From Trichoplax adhaerens (Eukaryota; Animalia; Placozoa), in NCBI RefSeq assembly GCF_000150275.1, contig NW_002060943.1, positions 6,564,299 through 6,628,298 on the forward strand: a stretch of 64,000 nucleotides of DNA, written 5' to 3'. The notes below the pieces were generated by a model. The model was not told the DNA's origin. It saw only the letters and a program-made list of their open reading frames with translations, and did not search any database. Shown piece by piece: positions 47,201-58,915 of this stretch. Numbering within the stretch: the stretch's first letter is position 1; each line of letters starts with the position of its first letter. The translations under genes and the position numbers were made by a program.

Positions 47201-48777
47201 CTTCTGAATAAGGAATTACAAGTTAAGCGTAGTGGTAAGTATCTAAGCTGTGATTCGGCTGTCTTTCTTTTGCTACTTACTATTGATAACATCATGAATC
47301 TTTTTTATTAGAAATTGTGCAGGAAGAAACTAAGGCCGGATCTTTTGAAGCGTAAGTCTTTCTCTTTACTTGTTCCATTCACGTTAGTCCTATTATGACT
47401 AATGAATTAATTTTAATTTTAACCAGACAAAAACAAGAACTTATACAAAAAATTAGCGATATCAAGAACAAGATAATAGACAAGCGTTATCTAATAAAAG
47501 AAGCGACAGAACGGGTATGCATTTACTAAATAGTACAGTTATCCAGTCATTTAAATAAATATTGATTTACTATTTAATATTTATTACGGGTTAGATGCAA
47601 AAATCGAACGCTAAGATGGAATTAATATCGAGCAGAAAAAGGCTATTTAAAAAGTATATTCGTGGACTAAAATTTTAAAGTATTTTAGCACAATATAACT
47701 AAACCTTAAAATCTGTTATAGGCTATTTGGTGTTGAAAATGTACATATTAATACTAATAGTACATCTATGGTTTTCTTTCATGGACTACTCACAATTTCT
47801 ACTACATATGATTCTTGTACGTATATTTTTTATTTAATCGTCTTCTCGTGTACTGTACTGTACATTGCAATATCTGATCGAATTTCGATTCTTAACCATT
47901 TCAGGTGACTTACTATCTTCCATTACAGCAGCTTTCGATCCTTCAAGTAAAATTTTATTTAGTAGCTGAATTAATCTTATCCTTATGGACTTTAATATTT
48001 AATTTCCTTCCTCATAATCCGAAATTGCTATTTGATGATCATCATTATTATAGAACACTATTATCCTCCTTTCCCGAAAATTCTGGAGATTTTATACAAC
48101 TCAGTTGTTAACATCGATATCCTGAAAGACAAATATCCCTATAGATCCGAAGAAGTAAAGGTTAGATCACAGGAACCTGCTCTTGTGTAATATGATTAAT
48201 GATTTTCTATAAAACAAGAAATGGCTTAATGTATATCTATAAATCATGTATAGCTATGGCGTGAAGTTCAGAATAATGTAACTAGAATATACAGCTTCAG
48301 CAAACGATTATTCTACATCGATATTTTGCATCCTGTTTTGTTACGAGATCCTAAGTAGGTCACATTTTGCTCTATACATTTAAACCGCTTTTAATCAAAT
48401 ATGTGCCACATTTAAGAAACTAAACTAATTTAATGTTTGCTAACTACTGTAGGTTAAGTCTTACATTCCATAGTGAGAAGCTTTATTTCCGTGTAGTTTT
48501 TGATGATCTAACAAGTTTGTACAGCTGTGAAGGCACAAGCAAATACCCATCGTTTGCCATTTTAAGTTTTATTGGCAGCACCAGGTAAAACTTTAATTTA
48601 GATTTCGTGTTTGAGCATTTATTGGATATTGCGAACTTTTTATTCTTATTATTATGTACATAACTTTGTAGTGTGGAAGATATATTGCAAAGATGCCAGC
48701 TTGCAACTCCGAATCTTTTTTCCATTGCACAATTTATTACCATAGTAGAACAAATGATAGCTGATAAAGCAATGTAA
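41222..48777 (+). CDS. KNL1: Kinetochore scaffold KNL1/Spc105/Spc7
   Basis: MASKTKRRSS|ILKS (SILK motif across intron 41252-41719); KKKRRSSNRRVSFADTNDIK (RVSF, ~42480-42540); GLEMLLTGEI; large disordered exon ~43886-45822 with MEMT/MELT repeats; FSLEDLLRYLGISF followed by coiled-coil exons and a C-terminal RWD-like region ending ADKAM* at 48777. Confidence 0.9.
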
Positions 48778-50347
48778 TAAATATTTAGTAATATAATGTT
48801 TATCTCATCGTCTACTCTTTGTAAAATATTATGCTTCTAGAACGAACTTATTGTAAATGAATAAGCGCTCAGTAAACACAATTTTATGCAAAATTTTGTT
48901 ACTAATTATTATTATACCATAGTTGCAGCATTCAGTTAATGATATTTGTTGATAAGCTTATACCCCTGAGATAGTAATACACGTTAATGTTACGAGTAAT
49001 ATTTTTAACTTCAAATATAACTTGAATACCCATTATTGTATGCATTTGTCTACTCCAATTATATAGTATGGAATGAATTAATGTACTTGGAATTAACTGT
49101 GTATAAAAAATGTTGCTTTTACATGACGTAATTTAATTGGCATTACATAGGATTGACAATTTATGTTGTTTGCAAAGTTGAATAGGTTAATATATATTAT
49201 ATTTTTGAAAATAGTTATTAAAATAAGCTCAACCCATGAAACACTTGCGCATTTAGCTTTACCTTAACCATTTTCAAACACAAACAGTATAAGATTTTAA
49301 GATCTAGAATAGCTGAAGATAGCAATAGTACTCAGACTAAATCAGATACTATTCGATGCTGGATTTGCGAAACTTAGATCTAAAGGAACTGTGCGAACTT
49401 CTTCAGCTTATACATGCAAAGAATTTACTTATCATTCGTAAGCTCTATCAACATAAAATTGTACGTGTCCATCCTTTGGAAATAATTTTAGAAAGTTGCT
49501 TTCAAGTTTCGAACGTATAGATTTGAAGCTCCGAAATGGCAATGATATTGCATCTACCGTACTGGATATTCAGTTTATTAATCTGTAAAATTTAAGGAGG
49601 GTATTACTTGCATGATTTCTTAACATCAGGTTTTTGATGCACCAAGAGTTTTTATACAATATAGTAGCTTGGCTGTTTATACTGTGTTAACGTATTTCTA
49701 TGGGGACATTTTGCATCAAAAATTGCAAAAGGAATAATGATAAGCGGTCAAAGTCAACGGCTTGGCCAAATAATAGCCAATTAGATAGATCTCGCTGCTA
49801 ATTAAATTATCTTAAAAGCCCGCGTATTCTATTAAATTATCTATCTACCAATACTGTATTGGTACATACATACACGGATAACATGCTTTCAATAAAACTA
49901 ATGAATGCAAAAGCAATAATTCAGGCATAAGGTTCACTAGTATGCTGCTATTACATGGTCGATGTCGATATTTTACTCTATTTGATCTGTACTAAACTGT
50001 CATTAATGTCATGCCTCAGCATTATTATGCTACCGCTAGTTAGTATTTGGCTATATCAATATTGTCAGGATATCAAAATCATAATTAATACTATACAGTG
50101 TACATCTAGCATATACAACATATCCTATATTGCTGCATTCAAGACTGTAAATAGAATATTCTATGTCTACCAATATCATTTAAATTTCATTTAGATGTGG
50201 GAACTATCATCAAAAAGTCTTAACTAATCTGCCTCCAAGATATAAGTAACATATGCTCTAATATAGCAATTAGAGAAAGATTCCATGTTGAAGTCTTAAT
50301 CTTTCTTTCCTGCTAGCTGAAACTTTATAGCTATTGCAACCAGTAAA

Positions 50348-51973
50348 ATGTTAATCATATCTATTGGAAAATTCTTTCTGGCAATTATTTACATCTTCTT
50401 TAAGAGCATTATCAATACCATTAGTTGGATATTGGGAGATTTTGGTAAATTTTTAGCGACGCTAAGACAGCCTGGTTATGGTTCGAATTTTATTTTTCAT
50501 GTCTTAATATCAGTTTGTATTGTCGTTTTACCAATCGTAACATGGGAAAGTTTAAATACAGATGAACAAAATCGTCCCAATTTTATGAATCAAGAAAGCC
50601 AAGTTGCTACAGAAATCTTACGCCATTATTGCATACACAAAAATTTACTACCAACGATCGTACGTAATATTAAGTCCAATTATAATAGTAATCATCCGAA
50701 ATCATTACCTTATCTTGATTCTCATCATTACTTAAATCGTTTAATGTATTACACATCTTGTAGTATACCAGCAAGTACAGTTTTATTAGCTTGGGGTCCA
50801 AAATCGTCGGGTAAATCATTAGGTATTGATCTCATTGGCGATTACTGGGCTAAGCATAGTCGACTTGTAGTCAAAGTAGAATTAACCCAATTACATCGGC
50901 ATGATGATCACCATCAACAGCAATATCCACTCGCTATTATGAGATATACAATATTAGGCCATGGACAATATCAAGCTTTGACCCTGCAGGAAATGAAAGA
51001 AATCGACCAAGCCTATCGTCATTATCGTCGAATACTTAAAAACTTCCACCATCAAGATTGGTATAATTTCTCTTGGCTAAGCTATTTAATAAGCGATATA
51101 ACATTTACCTTAAATCGGCGTTTATATAACATTAAAAGTTATTTAAAAGCACGACTAGGTGATGGCCTCCTTCAACCATTAACAACGCAATCTGTTCCTA
51201 CATTAACATTACTACGTATTTTATTAAATAGCATTACAACAGTCAGGCCTGAAATTAGTCCAGTTTTAATTGTTGATCTACAAGCATTAGATTATCAAAT
51301 TGATCAGCGATGGCGTCAAGATTTTCATAGTTTAATGAACAAAAACTATCTTGGGCAAAACAATTTCGTACCAGTAATTGTTGAAGTTTCTTTTCACTTT
51401 TGGGCTAGTGAAAGACATCATTTGCATAGTATTGAATCGGTTGCATCTTTATTACTAGATGAAATGGAGGTTGAGAATGCGCGACAAGATGTTGTTTATA
51501 ATTATAAATTATGGAATGAGGGCGAATTTGAGCGTATATGGGATACCATTGGTGGCCATGCTGGCTCATGGATTGCCTTATTTTCTAAATATCAACAATT
51601 GAAAACAAATCACGATATCAATACAGCATTGCAGTTAGCTATAGACGAGATATCCTGGGATGCATGTATGCAACTAATGTCGGCCATGACCCATGCTGAA
51701 CAAGACCATCAACTCAAATTAGTTGGGCAAGGACAAAAGTTACATCAAGCCATTCGAACTTATCTTGACTGCTTAGTTAGGCAACCGCGACAAAATCAAA
51801 ATTGTCAAGACGGTCATGGTAACGCTATCGCACAATATTTACTCTCCCATCATATTTTGTATATTGATTCGCAATTTCAAATTAAAGTACAAAATAAAAT
51901 TTTACAACGTGCTATTACAGGGCGATGCTTTAATATTAATTCGTTAACTTCTCAAGACGTATTTAGAAATTAA
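50348..51973 (+). CDS. Intronless membrane-anchored P-loop NTPase (ATPase_2/STAND-like, YME2/RNA12-like architecture)
   Basis: 541-aa uninterrupted ORF. N-terminal hydrophobic segments (aa ~1-30 and ~48-65), Walker A LLAWGPKSSGKS, Walker B-like PVLIVDLQ, sensor-like strand PVIVEVS, and IWDTIGGHAG at the position of the STAND GxP/GGR motif. Confidence 0.75.
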   Translation: MLIISIGKFFLAIIYIFFKSIINTISWILGDFGKFLATLRQPGYGSNFIFHVLISVCIVVLPIVTWESLNTDEQNRPNFMNQESQVATEILRHYCIHKNLLPTIVRNIKSNYNSNHPKSLPYLDSHHYLNRLMYYTSCSIPASTVLLAWGPKSSGKSLGIDLIGDYWAKHSRLVVKVELTQLHRHDDHHQQQYPLAIMRYTILGHGQYQALTLQEMKEIDQAYRHYRRILKNFHHQDWYNFSWLSYLISDITFTLNRRLYNIKSYLKARLGDGLLQPLTTQSVPTLTLLRILLNSITTVRPEISPVLIVDLQALDYQIDQRWRQDFHSLMNKNYLGQNNFVPVIVEVSFHFWASERHHLHSIESVASLLLDEMEVENARQDVVYNYKLWNEGEFERIWDTIGGHAGSWIALFSKYQQLKTNHDINTALQLAIDEISWDACMQLMSAMTHAEQDHQLKLVGQGQKLHQAIRTYLDCLVRQPRQNQNCQDGHGNAIAQYLLSHHILYIDSQFQIKVQNKILQRAITGRCFNINSLTSQDVFRN

Positions 51974-54949
51974 TATATCAACTCCAAATTCTACTAATAT
52001 TATCCGTATACCAAATATGAGATTTCAAATAAATTCTTCAAAAGCGCAGTTTCTTGACAACGTTTTAATTTCTGCTAATTTACTACTCAAATACATTCGA
52101 ATCAAGATATTTGCTTTATAGCATATCGTATTGATAGAATTATCCATATACTGAAATTATGCTTTAATTAAAGGGTAAGGTTTAGTAGTGAGTACTGTAA
52201 TCACTGAAAATAAATTTTCAATTTCAGCGCATATAGATCTCGAAATGTCAGAAGTCATAACATCGACTCTATAACTAATAGATTAATGGAATCCTCATTT
52301 TGACTATTCAACAATGGTTCAAAGTTATGCAGCAACCAAACAATAATGTCAAACATCAGTTGATTAGCGCCTAAACTTTGATGTTAATTTTACAGCTTGT
52401 TAGACTTGTAGATTATGCTGTTATCTTGAAATTAAGGTTTTATAATACTCAATGTTAGGACTTTAGTTTAACATTTTGAGTTCTTTTGAGACGTTCGAAT
52501 TTATGGATCCTGTAATTTTAAATAAGGTCTTGGTTTGATCTACTATCTTTCTGAATTATTAAGACAGGATAGCTTTGAAAGAATACCGTATATATCATAA
52601 TCAACAAATTTATGATTATAACAAATACCTCTAGGATAAAATTTATTTTCAATTAATACTTATTTCGTAGCACTACAGTGTTTTTTCCTCTCCCTATAAT
52701 TATTTCCCTATAGGTCTTTTAGTAACGATGATGGTAATTTTGATTTATTATTAGAATGAAATGCTGTAGAAAATTTTTTCATCGGTATTTGATGCTTTAA
52801 TTATAGAGCGAAGATATGTGCTATATATTAAAAACATGGACTATATTTTCTCTTATAGTATTTGTTCGAAAGAGTGACTAGTAGTAAATAATTGATAATC
52901 AGACACATATACTCTACAAAACATATTATAGCCGCTTCATCGCAATAAAGTAAGTTATAGTCTTTACATGTTGACAAATTAACATTTAGAATTGTATTGA
53001 TTTCCTACATTGATAAATATAAATTATCAAATATCTATCATAATTATTCCTACTTTCTCATTGAACAGATAGTATAAATGCTCACATCATTATAACGCCT
53101 TATTATTCTCGTACTGCTACAGACTTAAAATAAATTATACGTAGAATGTTTAATTTTAACATCTTACTACATTGAAGATTTACAAATTTTCGCATTAAAA
53201 TTCGTAGTCAATTTTTCTTTCTTTATCATAATAGTACGCATAATATTTGTTTTAGGTTTTATAAACAGCTTTTAGCTGCTATAACAGCTGGAACTTTACC
53301 ACACTTGCATAGATATAAAACTCTAATAATTAAAGATTAAAATATTAGCATTGAAATGACAAACTTACTAGTAGCATATTTTAATAATTTAGCTTCAATT
53401 TATTATGAATTAGCCTTATTTCTCTTACCCTGGCTTGGTAACACTAAAAATGTTCCGTAGATAATTGATGGATAAATGTGGTATTCAATTTTGACTTCTT
53501 AAATACTTTGTATGACTTATCGATATAAATACGATAGCTTAATAAAGCTATTTGTTCATATTAAAGACAAGATACGGATCAATAAGAATTACCTCTGCGG
53601 AAATAAAGTAGTTAGCTATAAATAGATCATAGCGTTTAAGCCCTTAATTTGCTTCCTATACGCATACCATAATCATTTGGAAGCGAAGTATGATAATGAC
53701 ATTTTTCCTTATGTACTCTTTTGAGTAAGCTAACTATCCAGTTTAGCAAGTTGTGAATATATGCCGTTTCGAATTCTCTACGCAGCCTACAGTAATTTCT
53801 TACGGTGTCCTCTTTATGAGTTAAAAGCATTTTAGAAATGATCGAGTTAATACTCAATGACTCATAAGCACTTTACACAAAAGTATCAAAAGTATCTGCG
53901 CTAAAATTACAGGTAAATTTTCTCCTTAACTATGCTCGTGTTCTTATCCATTCTTTATACAATGCGAAATTTTTGAAATTTCAGTTAGGACATTGTGACT
54001 AGTAATGTCAACATGCTTTACAAGCCATCAATCATAAATTGGTATCAATAAAATTAGTTATTAGTAAACATACACCTTACGAAAACATATACGTGAAGAA
54101 TACCTGAACGATCACAGCTATTGTCAAGAGCAGCTTTGATGTACTTTTGTTTGCTAATATCTGCCATATGCTCCACTCAACATTGCTGCCTTAGCTCTAA
54201 TAGCATCATCGTTTTTCTTTCTTATTTCATTTTTATTTTCATACATCATCTACAATACATTTATTCTTAACTACGATCGATATCACTACAGAGACTGGAG
54301 TATAGCTACAGGTATACTATTTCATTCCTCCTTATTATATATTTATACAGCATCATCGTAAAATTAAAACACTGCTATTAAATAATGAGATAAGTCAGAG
54401 ATACGAATTCCATTTAATTCTACCGGATAAATTTAGGCCAAAAGGCATTGAGATAGCAGATTCTGCCAATACATAGAGGTAAAATTAGCTGCACCACGGA
54501 TAGTTGAGGGTTGCCAAAATGATCACATACTAACTATAACCCTAAATTTATTTGTACTGAGCAAGAACGCTATTTACCTTTAGTCATTTTTAAGAACTTA
54601 TTTAACGCCAGAAATAACTATAATCGATTCTTCAGCAATTATAACGCAGCGATTGTCCTTAGATATAGTGTCTAAAACCTGTGAAGCATCCTATCAAACT
54701 CATGTTAAGTATAGTATGATAATGAACGGTTAGCAAGCAATCATATCCAATTCATACACTGTATCCTACGTGCTGTACTTGTAATAAACAAATACGTACA
54801 CAGCAAATATTGTTTTCTTATAAATAGAGGATGAAAATACAAAAATGAAATCTATCCCCTATCATTACCATCTCAATACGTATACCAAGAATAAACTCTG
54901 CCCATATAATACAATATCTCGATAAATAGTTTGAAATTAGAATATTCAT

Positions 54950-55195
54950 ACTTATTTATGCATTTCCACACGAAATGCATGAGAAACATAAACGATGTTA
55001 CTTATTTATTCGAGCTTGAAAGATTTTGTCCAATATTAACCGGTATTCAGTAACATGTTATTACGATACCATGATAAACAGTTTTAAATCAGAATTTCCT
55101 TACTTATTTATACACCATTTCCCACAAGGCATGAATAGAAACAAAAATTATGTTACTTATTATTCAAGAATGCAAGGTTTTGTTCAATATAATAT
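54950..55195. repeat. Diverged ~152 bp duplication
   Basis: CTTATTTAT...TTCC(C)ACA...GCATGA...ATGTTACTTAT(T)TATTC.AG..TG.AAG.TTTTGT.CAATAT occurs twice. Confidence 0.75.
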
Positions 55196-56277
55196 ATATC
55201 GCCTTCATGATATTCGCATTATGTTATGATCTGGTTAAATTGATTTATGATTAATTGATGTCGTAAAGAAGATTATGGTATGGCTAGCGATTATTACGTA
55301 TTTGTTAATTTTATTCTACCTAGAAATTAGTACAGTGCAAATAAACTTTTTTGTTGCACTAAATTCTTTCAATCGGAAGTTTCAATTTTCGACTCACAGT
55401 AGGCAAAGTATTAGCAATAATTACCAACGTTAGTACTTGATATTTGATAGCAAATGATTCTTAAATTGCAAATTTTGGTTGCTATAAGATAGAAATCTGT
55501 TTATAGTCTATACGGGGAGCCTTAGTAATTATAAAACATATTCTCTCTTTTTTTAGAAATGACTCAGTAGAATACGCCCACAATATTTATAAGTAATTTA
55601 TTATTTTGCATTTATGCATATAACTTGCTTTACTGTTTATACAGCACATCAACTATAGGACTAAAACAACTGAAAGTAGTACTACTGTGAATAATAATAT
55701 CAATCTAATTAAATGAGAATACGATAGTCTAGTTCGGGAGTCCAGATTATGATTTTAGATATTTCATGCCTATTTTATTGTGATGTAATGACTAACTCAA
55801 AGAATTATAATCATGTATTCAAGTAGTAATTTAGTTTACGGTATTTTAGTCTCAATAAAAATAATTGAATATCAACCTAAAGGATTTATCATAAATATAA
55901 GAAATTGACAGAATAAAATCCTATCGTCAAGATATCAGGTTTAGAATTATAACAGTACAACGTATTCATCCATATAATTAATTATTTCTCTTTACTGTCA
56001 GTAAATAATCAAAACGATTTAGTGTAACTATCCCTATATGAATCAAAATGGTGGTGATCAATCAATTAATTAAGGTGCCTGAGTATAAACTAGCAATATG
56101 TAGTCTTGATTGAAGAGCAGTTCTGCTATGACGATAGAATTCAATTTGGCTTAGCAAAATATTTAATTTGTGATTTGATTTATTCTCAGTTCTATTGATG
56201 AAATAAATATTCCATCTAACTCTGCGGAAGTACTTTAGTGTTAAATAGTTAGAGAAGGTATATCAAAAATGTATTGA

Positions 56278-56317
56278 TTGATCAGTCCGATGAAGGACGA
56301 AATGATTTAAGCTCATC
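56278..56317 (+). ncRNA. Degenerate type I hammerhead-ribozyme-like motif
   Basis: TTGATCA-GTCC(gatgaa)GGAC-GAAA-TGA(tttaagc)TCA-TC. Stems II and III, GAAA and the NUH triplet are intact; C3 and G8 are changed and stem I does not pair. Confidence 0.3.
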
Positions 56318-58747
56318 AGAAAAGTAGTATTTTATAAAGTGTATATATACTACGTTAATTTTATACTATTATGTAATGTCACTTTACGGCTGTAGCAATT
56401 CCAGGATCTTGGGTAAGCTAAACACTATTTACAAAGTAGGAACTTTTTTCAACAATCTCCAATTTTCTAGATATGCGCATAACCAAGCGCAAAGGTAGTT
56501 GAAAATGAAGGATTTAAGTTAGACTTTAGTCATTAAGTCCGTCAATGGACTTGTAGGTAGCTAAGTATGAAACGATAACCAAGCTCATCTGCCTTAATAT
56601 TAGAAAGCGATTCATTGCTTAAATATTACAGGAGCCAATGTTAGTGGATAGTTTGCTATTGCTTACATAGTCTAGATCTTACTTTAGAAAAGCATTTAAT
56701 TTTGCTGATCAAAAAATTTTTCCTTACTTTAGCTTACGCCAATAGTGACTATGCTTAGCAATATAAGCTGCAACCGTTAGTCGTCGTTTACAAGATCATA
56801 GGCATACTATTTCGTGCTTGGCCATAATTATGATTATATTTATTATCACTAGTTTAATATTTGATCATCAGCTATAAGTTTAACTTCTTAATCGTAAGAT
56901 CGAATCCATATTAAAGAGTATGTAACTTACCGAATCTCATGGTTCTGCTATCAAGTGAAATTGTTTAGCATCATAATTGTCATATCAACTTCACCTTATT
57001 AACATCCTATTGCATAGGTAAAGTAAATCTTGTTATTTTTAATTCGCCATAGAAATGAACTGATCTAATATCTACGATCTTTTTATCTATCATAAAAAGC
57101 TTAAAGATTCAAATATCAGATCAGGATCAAGATGCTACGGAGAATTTATCCTCACTCTACCTCATATTTTATAACAAAGGATAAATTAATTTAAACTAGA
57201 GATAGCTTAAATTAATTTAGCAATTCTATATTATTGTAGCTCCAATCAATTTCAATTTGGCACGATAGCTAATATTCCTTCAACTGTCATTAGTTATACC
57301 GTAAGACTTCGTTATCCGTAGAATCAGTTTCAGTTATTGATTAATTAATGAAAGAGTTCATTAATTATCGATGTCTTGATAATTCATAAGATCTACAGCA
57401 ATTGAAAATATGCCAACTCTCCAAGTATCAAATAGATGTCAAGTTTAAGGTACTTGGATAAATATAAAATAATGGAATGAATTGATATTAAGTAGTGAGA
57501 GATAGACATGAGTTAACTTTATGTACTGGCAGTAGGCAGGATATTATCCAATTTTAATATTTCTATTTGAAGTGAGTTAAATTACAGTTCACAACTACAA
57601 CGTATTACTATAATGTAGAAGTAGGATTAAACTTACTTGAAAAACTATATTTAATTAACATCTACTTTACCCATCAGTTCTATTATTATTATTATTAATT
57701 TGGGTCTTAATTACAGAAACACTTATATAGGCTGATAATGCTAATAAATTTAAAGTAATTTCTTCTCAAAATTCAAGTCTGTAGTCCTATGTTCTTATCT
57801 CTACTCTATTTTATCCTTACTCTACAATAGACTAACTTTTATTTTATGTCGATAATAGATAGAATAGCAAAGTAGTCATTTTATTCGAATTATAGCTCTA
57901 TATCGAATGTAGATATTGTTTGAAAAATTGAAAAATATCAGCTAGTGTTTCATATGCACGAAAATAATCAAAATAGATAAGAGAATTTGATTATTATATA
58001 ATTATCTTAAAATGAGAATTGCTAAGAATTAAGTAATACTCAAAATTTCTTATCTAGCAATCAACATGGCCTATTAACCCGAAGAATTAAGAAAATGTAC
58101 CCGTACCATAAATATTAAATTCTAAAGAGTCGAAAATTAATCATTTTGTATACGGCTAATTTGCTTCCGTTATTTAAAACTTATAGTTTTTGTAATAGCT
58201 CTTATTTATCTGTCTTAACGTGGTTGTTGTTAACACTAATCATAATTAGACTAACTGCAACAATGAATTTAAGTCATCAAAGCAGAGATGCTCTACCGTT
58301 AAGATGATAATAATTAGCCACCATGTAGTAACTAAAAGATCATCTAGTATGCCATCTCTAATCCGTTTTGATTTGACTTTTATACGTATATCATAGCATA
58401 TATTGCCGCCTTATTTCTAATATATTTATGCTTAGCACTAATGGTGGTTGGAGTAAATCAAAACTATAAATTGATGCTATAAAGGCACCAAAATATGTAG
58501 CAGATCAATCTAATAATCTGGTGATGAAGTGAGAATATCACTATTAGAATTTATCCTTTCTTTTTGTATCATTTCTGATTTATACTAGCTTTTTCAATAG
58601 CATTATGGACGTTAAATGCTGTTTCCTGCATTTCTTCGTATTAAATACTCATATCAACTGGAACAATTAAAACTATCGACTTGCACTATGAACTTAAAGA
58701 CACGGGAGATTAATCAATGTCTACATCTACCATAAAATGTATTTAAG

Positions 58748-58915
58748 GGTAAAGTAAATAGCATAAAAATTTATCTTATACAGTAGTTATAATTTCTGTT
58801 CTACGATTGATCAACTGTAGCATATATATCTATCATAAAAATGACAGCAGTTAACGGTAAAGTAAATAGTATAAAATTGATCTTATATGCTAGCTCCTAT
58901 TTCTGTTCTACGGTT
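58748..58915. repeat. Diverged ~108 bp duplication
   Basis: GGTAAAGTAAATAG.ATAAAA.T.ATCTTATA...TAG...ATTTCTGTTCTACG occurs twice. Confidence 0.85.
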
